DNA from: Candidatus Omnitrophota bacterium
Lineage (GTDB): Bacteria; Omnitrophota; Omnitrophia; Omnitrophales; Aquincolibacteriaceae
DNA: 64,000 nucleotides
NCBI GenBank assembly: GCA_043732705.1
Contig: JAYTHE010000011.1
Location: 71,605 to 135,604, forward strand
Reading direction: 5' to 3'
Part shown: in pieces, positions 32,461 through 43,300 of the stretch
Layout: every line of letters begins with the position of its first letter
Numbering within the stretch: position 1 is the first letter of the stretch
Notes under the pieces: model-generated
The model's input: the letters and a program-made list of their open reading frames with translations, nothing else
Databases searched by the model: none
What the model was told of the DNA's origin: nothing
Position numbers and translations under genes: made by a program

Positions 32461-32604
32461 TTTGTAAGTAAAATTGTTGATACCAAAATGTATATGGCAG
32501 AGCTTAATATTACAAAAAAGAGGCGTTTTGAATTGATCATTCTTCTTCGCTCTAAATCAAAACATAGCAAGTTTGCTCATACATACGATGGCAAAAAGTA
32601 CAAA

Positions 32605-32645
32605 ATTTTAATAATTGGAAAGCAGACTTTGGCAGGTCAAACGCC
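32605..32645 (-). promoter_or_regulatory. Candidate sigma70-like promoter for gene B.
   Basis: On the minus strand, TTGACC (plus 32635-32640) - 18 nt - AATTAT (plus 32611-32616). This would give a ~140-nt 5' UTR. A weak -10; a by-eye call only. Confidence 0.25.
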
Positions 32646-32687
32646 TCATTCTTAGTTTAAATAACTAAGCATAAAGAAAAGACAGGT

Positions 32688-32720
32688 TAATCAAAAATTT
32701 ATAATTTAAATTTTTGATTA
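32688..32720. promoter_or_regulatory. Perfect 14-bp inverted repeat with a 5-bp spacer (candidate operator or regulator-binding site) ~45 bp upstream of the putative -35.
   Basis: taatcaaaaattta-taatt-taaatttttgatta. The arms at 32688-32701 and 32707-32720 are exact reverse complements. Confidence 0.35.
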
Positions 32721-33365
32721 CAAATTTTTTTCAAAATCCGCGGCATAAATTTAAAAAAGACAATCAATAACTTATGATGTTTTTTACTGCACGCTTTGGC
32801 ATAGTCAGAGGCTTGAGCAAGAACAATGGCGCGGAATATGGAATAGCGCCCCTTCCTCAATTCCTAATTTTGTAATCCAAGCGTTCAAAATAACCTGAAT
32901 ATCGGGCGTGAAATTCCGGATGCGTGTCGAGTCGGGTTTGCCGCCGCACGCAAAATAATACAGCGAGCGGGATAGGAAATCTTGAAAGAATTTCTATAAC
33001 TCTAATAAAATATAGACTTACAAAAAGAAACTCCATTTCTGCCACTTATCCTGCACTTAAATTACGGATTATTGATAACTTCGTAATTGATTCAATATAC
33101 AAAATCAATGAGTTCTGACAAAACGAAGAATCGCAATTATTATTATTGCGACATCAAAACAATTCTATTTGCAATCAAATGGCTTGGCTTAACTGACGAC
33201 ACCCCTAGTCGTAGATCGAATGCAAGCCACCAATCCCTCTCACGCGAAGGCTACTTGCGCGAGAACTATTAAAAGCTTTCGCGGGGAATTTCTGCCGAAG
33301 GACGAATTCATCCCGTCAAAGACCAGACGGAGAAATGAATCGCGGAATTCTTAGCCTGACAACTA

Positions 33366-33827
33366 CTATGAATTGACTTTCTTACCAATTGAAATGACTT
33401 GAACGGCAGGCTTTTGAACTGTTGGCGCGTAAGACGAATGAATCGGAATTGGCTGAACTTTCGGCGCCATCTTATTGGCCGGAGTAACCAGGGGCACGAT
33501 CGCATTACCAACTGATTGAATATGACCAACAGAAACCTTGACCGCACCCACTTGAGTGACGCTCTTCTCAGAAAGCTGAAATGCTGAATGAGTCGTGTCA
33601 ATAATTTTGTAAGGAATATAAGAGCCGGGAACAGACGGCATTTGCGACGGACTCGCTTGAACCCCTTGAATATTCTCAGGAACTTCGGCGCCCGAGGTCT
33701 TCTCACCCATGAAAATCTCAGCATTTCCATGCATACGGCTCTGGCTTTTTAAAAAAAAGATGACGGCAGTGCACGCCGCAACCCCTATTACTATTGAGAC
33801 TATCATTTTTGTGGAAATGTTTTTCAT
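33366..33827 (-). CDS. Small N-terminally membrane-anchored protein (153 aa).
   Basis: ATG at 33825-33827 (minus), 35 nt after the preceding ORF. Hydrophobic segment IVSIVIGVAACTAVIFFL near the N-terminus. Weak AGGACC about 12 nt upstream. Ser/Pro/Val-rich remainder. No recognisable family. Confidence 0.5.
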   Translation of the reverse strand: MKNISTKMIVSIVIGVAACTAVIFFLKSQSRMHGNAEIFMGEKTSGAEVPENIQGVQASPSQMPSVPGSYIPYKIIDTTHSAFQLSEKSVTQVGAVKVSVGHIQSVGNAIVPLVTPANKMAPKVQPIPIHSSYAPTVQKPAVQVISIGKKVNS

Positions 33828-33862
33828 GAATTTAATTAGGTCCTGTTTTTAGAGAACTACGT

Positions 33863-34270
33863 TTAACTCACTTGTTGGGCTTCAGTTTCGGCCGGAAGCG
33901 CCGCTTGCTTGACCAATTTTAATTGATTGTCATACTTGAAAAGACGCCCGCCGATCAACACAACAAACGATCCGTCTCCGAAAGCGGTAACAACGGGTTG
34001 ATAAGATTGTGCACCCATCATCCGTGAGCCGGGAGGCATCATCCCCATCATAGAATAAGGCGGGTAACTGTGCCGAGCTGCACGATTGGCTGCGGCAAGT
34101 CGAGCTCGCTCCGTAGCAGACATCGGCATTGATATTGCGGCAGCAGGATCAGTCTTGGCCTCGACAGTCTTAGCCGGATCCGTTTTTGTCGGCGTTTCAG
34201 CAGCCAAAGCGGAACATGCAAATACAAAGCAAAATAAAAAAAACAACGAGACCGTTTTTTGTATATTCAC
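33863..34270 (-). CDS. Small secreted Met/Pro-rich protein (135 aa) with signal peptide and GTG start.
   Basis: GTG start at 34268-34270 sits 4 nt after a strong SD, AGGGGGA (minus strand of 34275-34281). N-terminus NIQKTVSLFFLFCFVFACSALAAE is signal-peptide-like. It begins 66 nt downstream of the gene A stop on the same strand. Confidence 0.6.
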   Translation of the reverse strand: MNIQKTVSLFFLFCFVFACSALAAETPTKTDPAKTVEAKTDPAAAISMPMSATERARLAAANRAARHSYPPYSMMGMMPPGSRMMGAQSYQPVVTAFGDGSFVVLIGGRLFKYDNQLKLVKQAALPAETEAQQVS

Positions 34271-34284
34271 AATATCCCCCTGTG
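34271..34284 (-). promoter_or_regulatory. Shine-Dalgarno sequence for the 135-aa ORF.
   Basis: Minus strand reads ACAGGGGGATATT-GTG, i.e. AGGGGGA 4 nt before the GTG start. Confidence 0.5.
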
Positions 34285-34336
34285 CTGAACGCAGAGCACT
34301 ATACCATAATTTAAATATTTTTAAACACCGATCAGA

Positions 34337-37300
34337 TTAAGCGGCTGATTTGACTTTTTGGACGGCAAGCATTTCGTCTATTAACGATTTTAGCATTTCG
34401 CGCAGTGCACTATAGTGCATGATATTTCCTGGCTTCACGTCCCCACGCAATAAGTGTTCAAGAAATTCTTCCTTACCTAAAATTGCCGCAAGATGACCAG
34501 CCATAGCTGGTCTTTCTGCGGACTCATTTACCTCCACCTGAATAACGTTGGCAGTTTTTCCAAGTTCATCGAAAAATTTATCTTCGGCCGAGTGGGCAAC
34601 AATGCCTCCCAACACCAAGAACGTGGTGTGAATCATACTACCGCGTAGCTTAATCGCTTTTTGCGTTTCCGCGAGCGCAGTTAGACTGCGAATTACTTTA
34701 TAACCAAGCTCTTCGTAGCTCTTGATCAAATCCGGTGACGCGTCCGACAAAGCATAAACAAATGTAGCTGTATTCAACCGTCCAAACATAGATTGAAGAG
34801 GATGGGATGCAGTTCCGCCTTTAAGAAATCCTTCAATGTCTTCTACGACTGACAGACTTGTTGTTTCTGTTCCAAGCAGATAGAGCAAACGATCGATTGT
34901 GTCAATATTTTGGGCTGTAAATTCATTTTGATCAATAATCATCCCTAGCTTCGTCGCATAGTAAGCAAGAATTTCTTGCAAGATATCCCGGTTCCGATCT
35001 GTATCTTCATGACCATAGCGACTGTTAAACACGGCGTAATAAGTTGCAAGTTCCGGAATTTGTTTAATACGTATGAGCAATGCTCTAACATTTTCGTCTT
35101 TTAAGTTTGCATGAACAGCTTCATGCAATATTCCTGCTGCAATTAAATTAACATTTTCCGGGGTGAGTTTTTTGCCGTTGATCAACGTCTGCTCTCGATA
35201 CTGCTCCAACAATCCCGTCGCGTCATTATCAACATAGGCCATCACTTGACCATTTCTAAAAATTTCATCATGGTCAAGTGTTCCCGGCTGAATCACTTCG
35301 AACTTATCTTTCGTGGGCAATTCCTCATCTCCCATCAATACCCCTAAGATTGACCCCTTAGCGTTAGAACGAGTTGCCTCAGCCTGCGCCCAAGCCAAAT
35401 TAAGCAACTCTTGCGAGTCAGATTCAACGGGGATTGTCGCTATGGGGGCAGACCCTGCCCGATCTTCCAATCGAACGGATCCATCAGCGCCATGGTTAGC
35501 GTTCGACACACCTTGAGACAAGCCCACACCATCTCTCAACTCAGAACGTTTGGTCCCGTCACGCATCTGATCCCCGGTACCCGCAGGAAGCTCCACAGAA
35601 GTCGCTTCAACCACTGCAGCTTCATCGGAAGTTACCCCGGTAACAACAGGTTTTGTTAAGTCAATAACGTAGCTTTCAACTTTTGTTCCGCGCTTCCAAC
35701 CTTCCATCTCCTTGCCTTTATACACTTCAAAGCCCACCTTATCCTTGTTAGTCAACGAGGACCCTTTCAAGGTTGTCCCACGAATCCGTGCCACGCCAGC
35801 TTGCCGCAATACCTCTAATGCAGTTTTTTGAAAAGCAGCTCCTAAACCACTACCTCTGAAATCTGGACTAACAACAATGTCATCAATCATATAATCACTA
35901 TCATCAACCAGAATAGTCGCAAATTCCGCATCAATCGGTGATTCATTATCAGCAATAAAGTGGCGTGCTTTTAATTCTGGTTTTTGTTTCCAAACAGACT
36001 GGTAATTTTTTACGGGACTCGTGCTGATCATTGCCGCCACATCCGAAGGATCCGACGGATTTAACCATACAAAAATCTCACTCCCACCCTTACTTACACT
36101 GTTCTCAATATTCGCAAGAATACCTATAGCAGCAGCGCGCGCTTGCGCAGGAGACTGCCCTTCTTTTAACGCATCTTTTTCATGTAAGGCAAGCATGCTT
36201 GCATACATTTCACCTTGGGGAGAAAAGTAGCTTGAAAGCTCCGCTTCTGTTTTAAGCGTGACAAGATTAAATGAATTTGGATCTGATTTAGCAGCCTGAG
36301 CTCTCTTTGCAGCATTTTTTACTAAACCAGGCAATTTAAACTCACTGTCCTTGTTAAATAAATCATCGTGGGGGGCCGCATCAGAAATAGTTGAAAGCAA
36401 GTCAAAAAGCTTGCCCCTGCCTTCCGCACCGGTCGCGCCAAAATTTGTTGCCGCCTCTTCCATAAATTGGCTAAACTGACGAAGCTCAATACCCACCTGA
36501 TCTCTTATTGATCGCCGCTCCGAAGCACTCATTTTTAAATGCTTCATCAAGAAATTGGGTAAATAACCTCTTTCCAGATTATCACGGAGATCGCGTAAGA
36601 ATGAAACCGCAAGAATGGCATCTCCTTCTCGCGGAATTTGCGCTAAATGAGATTTATATTCACGAATAATTTCACGCCAAACATAATTTAATCGATCTGC
36701 GCGATTCGCGCGCGCCTTGTCCGGAGAACTCTGCAGAGGATCAATTAAGTGATTATATTCATGCGCCAAAGTTTCTTTTTGATCAACGCGTGCTTTCCGA
36801 GTCATTCTTTCAACCGGACTCATGAAAATCATGCCGCCCATCTTATTAAAGAGAGAGTTCTTGCCAAATTGCCACTTCATATCTGCCCAACCCAAAACAC
36901 CTGAATCGTGAGTTGCGGCAACAGCAAAAGTGTCCCAACCTTTACGTGTTTTGAAGCGAACTGACACAGCTTCTCCACTCAAATCCATTGGAAGCATGTT
37001 TCCATTCTCATCTTTCAAGTCTTCAAGTCTTGTCAAAACAATTTCAGCCTCTTTGAGCATATCTGCAGTAACTTTGGGAGCCATAGACTCCCCGGCATCA
37101 TTAAGTCTAGGGTCATCAGAATCACCATTTACAAGATCTGCTATCTTTTGACGAAGCGCTTCAGAATCAGCATCATCTCCTGACAAAACAACATACTTTT
37201 CTATCGTTTTATCAATTAAGGTCCGCGTCTGTGGTGTTAAACCTAACTGCACGATAAGATCGGCAATGCCAGACTGAATGGCATCATGACTATCCTTCAT

Positions 37301-40300
37301 TCTTTTCTTAAATTCAGCTATCTTACCCGCTGTTTCAGGGTCCTTTAAAGTTGCGTTAAGACCTTCTTTTTTCTCTTCATCGACATTGGGTTTCTCCTGA
37401 TAAACGTCCATCATCCACACCAAACCACGCACCCACTTCTCAGCATACTCCATGCCCTTACGCTGCATTTTCAGAGGGTCATTATCGAGCAACGCCTTGA
37501 GTTCTTTAATTTCTCGCGCGCTCACAACATCTTCCCCGCGCTTAATATTTTCAGGCTTTTTATTCTCAGCAGCTTTTTGTTTTAAAATTTCTTTTGCTAA
37601 TTTTTTATCGCCAGATTGAACCGCATTCAAAAACCTCATCAACCAACGCGACATATCCACACGCGCAAAATATTTATCCTGCATTTCAAAAGTTGAGCGT
37701 ACTTTCCCCATATACCAATTTTGCAGACGTTGTAACTCACTCAGCCCGCCTGATTTAAGGGAACGTTCGTTAGCCTGTAATTCTTTCATACGTAAAAAGT
37801 TATCACGAGTTTCCTTGTCAAGCGCACCTAACCGCGCTTTAAAGCCTTTAATCTCCTCTGTCTCGCGCCCGAGCGACATAAACTTTTTAATATTTTTCTG
37901 GCTTAATGCCTTAATTAGATTGGTGCGCTGTTCTTCCAGGCTCTTTAATTTCTTTGATAACCCCATGATCTCTGAATGTGATTTTTGATTCAAATCAACC
38001 ATAACAGAAATCTCATCCTGATACTTTTTAAATGGATCATCGTTAAGATCCGCTGCTTCACGATAGGTTGACATCTTGCGCTGATAGAGTGGGTCCATAT
38101 ATTTCAACATTTTTCCAAGCCCCGAATAAATATCTTGGCGTTCTTGAGAATCAGGCGGTAACGCGCGCAAATAAAGCGCTGCAAAGTACTCCGCAAAAAA
38201 GTCACGGAAAATTTGTCCTTGAGAGTCCGAACCTTGTTTCTCAAGATGCTTTTCAACCTGCTGAAGCATTTCAAGCTGTCGTTTACCGGCGGCTCCTTGC
38301 TTCTTCAATGCAGCAATTTGCATTTTTAAAATTGGCTTAATAACCGCATCTTCGTCATGCTCCATCGTTTCATGCAACATAAACGCGCGCAATACAGAAT
38401 TCACTTCTTCGCGCGATCCACCATCCACAAAAAGCATATTCGCTTTTAAGAGCAAGTCTTTATTAAAGAACATCGTGTCACCACGCATATAAGCCGCCGT
38501 GTCAGCATCGGGATCACTTCGCTTTTTAATTTTTGCAATTGAATGCGCGCCACGAGCCTTATGGGCGCACTCTTGATCCGTCTTGCATTGATCCGCTGAC
38601 TTAAGTAGTGTTGCCTTTGTTTGTATAGCAATTTCATCAAGCAAGTCTTCGCGCGCAGCACCTAATCCAAATGCGGTTAATAAGTTTGCCCACTCCAAAA
38701 CATGCCCAGGGTGATTTTTTGACGAAGCCAGCCTTTGAATCTCATCTTCAAATGCTTTTTTCTCACTATCAATTTCATCCTGTGGCTTAGCCCCCCAAGT
38801 AGCTGAAGCAGTCTTCAATTTAGTTGCCATATCCCTGTAATCTTTTAAGAAATCTGCTTTCTTACTCTGACGCGCCGTGCTTTCAATAAGGTTTGGTGAA
38901 TAATTTTCAACGTTATACGCCCTAGCTAAAATTTGAATGGTTTCAGAACCCAAACCTTCCATTGAACTCCATAAGGCATCCAAATCCTGAGTAGTTACTG
39001 TCCGACCATCGCGAACTATTCTTGCTAAAACAGTGTCTGCATGAGCAACCGCCGTTAATTCACCGACGAGCAAATCACTCAAATCACCTCTCGCGCGCAT
39101 GGCCAAATATACTTGCTCACTCAGTGGTACCGCATTTTTATCAATTGCAAGTAGCGCGGCATTAAACTGCTCAAAATTTGGATTTTCAATTCCCTGTTTT
39201 GCAAGTTCATCCATAATAAGCGGAACGGCTACAGGCCCTTGTCCAAACTGTTTCCCCGCCGCAATCGCGATGGTTGCATAGGCGAATTGCTCCTTGGCAA
39301 GGGGGTCTGATACTATCGTCGCTTCAACCCGCTTCTTAAATTTTTCAGTTAATCCCGAACTCAAATCATCGCTTGGCTTTCCAATAAAAAAACTGGATAG
39401 ACGCAAACGCACTTGAACAAACCAATAAGGTAAAACATATTTAAATAGCAAGCCAAAGCGCGTTTTAAATGCCTTCGGACCGAATCCGCTACCATCAATC
39501 GTTATTTGGCGATCCAAAACTTCTTTAAGAGCTTTAGTCGCATCAGCACCAAGCATTGATGCGGGTTGAGCAGCTAAAATCTTCATGATCCTAGGTGAAA
39601 GCAAAAACAAGCTCGCGCCAATCACAATAATCGCTGCGCCGATTCCAACTAAGGTTAAAACCCCTGCTACGAATCCAAGAGCACTACCTCCCACCAAACC
39701 AAACCCAGCCAGCTTAACAAATCCAACGGCAAAAGCGGCTGCAGCCGCAAATAAGATTGATGCGCTCTTCATGCTTGGAACCGACACCATAGATTTAAAT
39801 ACAGATGTGAAAATTGACGCAACAAACTTTGCAAATCCTTCACGCCATTTACCCACTCCGCGCGTCTCGTTAAGGGCCTCTTGAGCAATGTGCGCAAAAG
39901 CTGCAAGAGGTTTTTTAGGAATTCCTTCTACTGTTGACTTAAGGGTTTTGAGATATTGCTCCACCGTCATCGTCGAGTACGCCGATCCAACAGCCGCAAC
40001 AAATTTATCGTGGTATTTTTCCATTCGGATCAAATCTTCATCCGAAAATCCTTGTGCCTGCAACAAAAGAAGATTGAATGTACTCGGATCATATTTATTC
40101 CCATCAAGAAGATATTGAATAGTATCTGTACGATCAAATACGCCACCCGGCATCCAGGTGCTCAGTAAGTCACGAATACCATTAATTAAATGTCCAAGCC
40201 CAGGAATACGAACTGCCAAAGCTACGAGGCTATTTTGCCAAACCCAATTATCAAAGAAGGCTTTTGTTTTTTCCCGAACAGATGAATCTAAACGACTGCT

Positions 40301-43300
40301 AAAAAATCGGCTTAGCAAAAGGGCGCCACCCGCAACTGAGGCAATAATCGGAACCAAGACCGGCAATCCAACGACCAGAGCCACGGTACCCGCTGCAAGA
40401 GCCGCAACTCCCGCGAGCCCGCGCCAAGAGAACATTTGTTTACCAATCAGCGCAGCGCTCAATCCGAAGGTTGCCGCAATCCCCAATCCCACCGCCGCAA
40501 CCGGCAATAGCGCGCCAAAACCCAATAAAATCTCAGGGGCAAGAACAGCTGTTGCAATCGTGCCCGTCAGCCATTTATTTTCACCACGCTCAAAACTAAG
40601 CGGCCCATATTTCGCGGTTAAGATTGCGACTTTCCATGAATTCCAACTAAAAAATTTCTGCCCTAGAGGCGTCAGCGCAGAAAACCACCAGCCACCCCGA
40701 GTGCGCTTCGAGTCAAGCACTCTATATAGATCATCTTCTGCCGAACGTAACGCGGCCTGCCCTTCCATTTTTGTTTGAGCTTCGCGAATGTCACGCTTTT
40801 CTTCTTTTAGCCGTCCGGTATAAACATTTTGCTGTCTATCACTGATCTCTCCACCCAAACTGCGATGAAAACGCGCCAAATCTGCTTTAAAATATTGGCT
40901 ATTCAAAATCCCCGCAGCGGCTTTCCAAACAAACCCAGTGCCTATATTCGCATTATTAAGTCCGACAGCCCCACCAAACAACGCGAGTCGGCGCATCATT
41001 TCTTCACCATTGGATGCAACTGAAGCGTCAAAAAGACCAAGAGTCATCAGAACTTGAATGGCTCCCTCGAGAGCTGCATTGATTTCAGCCGCGGTGGGGG
41101 TTTTATCTGAACCCATATTTGCAAAGTCATGCAATGCTTTAATAGCGGGATCTGTTGCAGCAGGATCTGTTTTGTTTACTACTAAGCTCTTCCCCAAGTT
41201 CATTTGCGCTTCCGCATCGGCGTCATTTGCTATGGCTGCAACGCCTTGCAATGCCATCTTCACAGCTGGACTAAAAAGACCTTGGCCTGCAACCTTTCCC
41301 ATAAAGCTTTTTGCAAATTGAACTGCGTTATAGACCCTACTTGATATAAAGTTTTGCCCCCACCCGCCCCGCGAAGCATTACGAATTCCAGCAATGACAT
41401 CCGCCGAAACGCCAGCCTTTTCGGCATCCCCTTCAACTGTCTTTGGATTGGATGTTTGGGTTGCTTTCTGTTGAGCGTAAAGCTCCTGTTGTGCACGCGC
41501 TAAACCACGGCTTTCATGTGTTGTTAAAATAAACTCGCCAAACAAAATTAATGTCTTAGCAAAACCAATGACTGACCCGTTTTGCTGATGCGCAATTGCG
41601 TATCTACCATCAGTTTTATTTTCCTTCTTAATGGCATCTAATTGAAAACCGAGCTGTCCACCATCTTTCAACGCGGACTCGATCATCTCCAAACTATTCA
41701 CATCAAATTTGACATTTAAATCTTCAAGTTTAAATCCAGCTTTTATTAAATCAGCAAAGACAGAGTCTTGGAAAACCCGCTTAGTCGTTCCTTCAACTCG
41801 ATCACCAATTACTTCGCGAATAACTGTCTTCAATTGATTTCTCACGTATTCTTCGCCCGTGACACCGTTCTCAGTTAAAATTGCACGCTCATTAGAATAC
41901 TTGCCGCTTTCGGCCTTTGAAATAATTGCACGTAAAGCCTTATCTTCTTCCTTAAGCGATGGGTCTGATGAAGTTAATTCAAGCAAAGACCTTAATCCAC
42001 GCATGAGGAATCGATCAAACGCATAGGTCCGCACAACAGCCATGGCGCCTTGTGATTGATGCAACGCTTCCCGATACTCAACGTTGAGACTAATTAAATC
42101 AATCAAACTGCTGTCTTTCCCAACTTCAGCCCTGAGAACAGACTCTAACTTCGTGCGAGAAAAATCTGCCCCACCTTCACCTCTTAAGCTCTCGAGCTTC
42201 GTAATAAACCGCTTCAAATCCTCAACTCGCTGGTCATAAAGTTTGCTGGTATCAGAGTTATTTGTTGTTTTAGTTGCAAGATCCCGATCTTCCTCAGCGC
42301 GAATTAATGCTCGATTAAGAAAACCCTTAAAAGTGTCATATCGAATTCCCGCAATTGCATCACTTAAATTTTTAACAAGAGCTTCGCTGTCGTAAAACAG
42401 ATTCACCGCGCCTTTATTGCTGCGGTCACGCCCAATAATCTGAGCCAAAAAATGAGATGCATAATTTTGCACATCAAAAGCAAAAACATGCGTAGGAAGT
42501 TTATTGCCTGAATCTGACGCCTCAAGTTTTCTGGCTAAGTCAAATCCTGTGCCAGCTCTTTCGGTCGCAATAATATAGCGATTTCCGTTCTCTCCACCCT
42601 CAGCGATGTCCCCAAGCTCTTTCGCTGTTGTTTCTTTGTGAACCTTATCAATTTGATTCGGATTTATCTTCATATCTGCTGCTAGCAGCGCTTCTTCGAT
42701 CCATTTAGCATGCAAATCCTTATTCACAACAAAAATATAATTGTGCCCATTTTTTTGAGCCTTCCTCACAGCATCTTTTACTTGATCTTTAAATGTCTTT
42801 TCATCCGCGCTATAGTTTTGAGTTGAGAGCCGATTTCGAGACTTATACCACGATAAATCAGGCATACTTCGTCCTAATTCCATGCGCGCATTACCCGTAA
42901 AAAGCGTGATGTATTCGGGTAGTGTTGCAGATAAACCAACGACTCCACGTCCAAAGTTGGACTGTACCGGCGTTCCCATTTTTGTCTCAAGCTTCCCAAT
43001 CGAGCCAATATCAAACCACTTTTTCAGCTGATCAAAATTAACTTCACCCGATGCATCAAATCCGTTTAATTTCTGATCTAAAAGTTCTTTTTTAATCGCT
43101 TCAGGAGCTTTATCACTGACATCCGCTGGCGACAACTTAGCTGTCTCCATACCAAAAATATTTTTGACTTGGGCATCAATTATCTTCAATTCACTTCGAT
43201 CCAAAACCCTATCCCGCTCTGGCGGGTTGCCTCGTTGGGTTTCAATGAGCCGCGCTAATGAGGCAATTTGCAATGGAATATCGCTCGACTGTTGCTCACG

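Larger units (their letters stand above)
32461..33365 (-). promoter_or_regulatory. AT-rich ~0.9-kb non-coding leader and promoter region upstream of gene B.
   Basis: No credible ORF. The track ORFs here (32857-33045, 32924-33118, 33087-33272) are short and low-complexity. AT content is clearly higher than the flanking coding DNA. It contains the inverted repeat and the -35/-10 candidates listed below. Confidence 0.45.

Noticed and set aside
1-32460. Alternative reading: several adjacent genes (propeller proteins, a MoxR ATPase, a VWA protein) in place of one ORF.
   Set aside because: There is no in-frame stop in any scanned stretch, including the AAA6-linker-VWA junctions (3,300-6,400) and the propeller-AAA junction (15,000-15,600). 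No module has a start/RBS context. The ORF track shows no frame pieces. A residual risk remains for the unscanned 11-15 kb and 15.6-32.4 kb stretches.
32380-33272. Short ORFs in the AT-rich leader (32380-32655+, 32857-33045-, 32924-33118+, 33087-33272+) and a possible sRNA or terminator hairpin (tcgcaattattattattgcga at ~33123-33143; imperfect hairpin at ~33305-33345).
   Set aside because: The ORFs are 60-91 aa, Lys/Ile/Asn-rich as expected from AT-rich non-coding DNA, and lack an RBS. The hairpins have short stems with no adjacent U-tract on the transcribed strand. They are not convincing as intrinsic terminators or riboswitches by eye.
33308-33730. 140-aa minus-strand ORF overlapping ORF 33366-33827 in another frame.
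   Set aside because: An Arg-rich, repetitive translation (RFSWVRRPRAPKFLRIF...) with no start context. The overlapping 153-aa ORF has an ATG and a TM anchor, so it is preferred.
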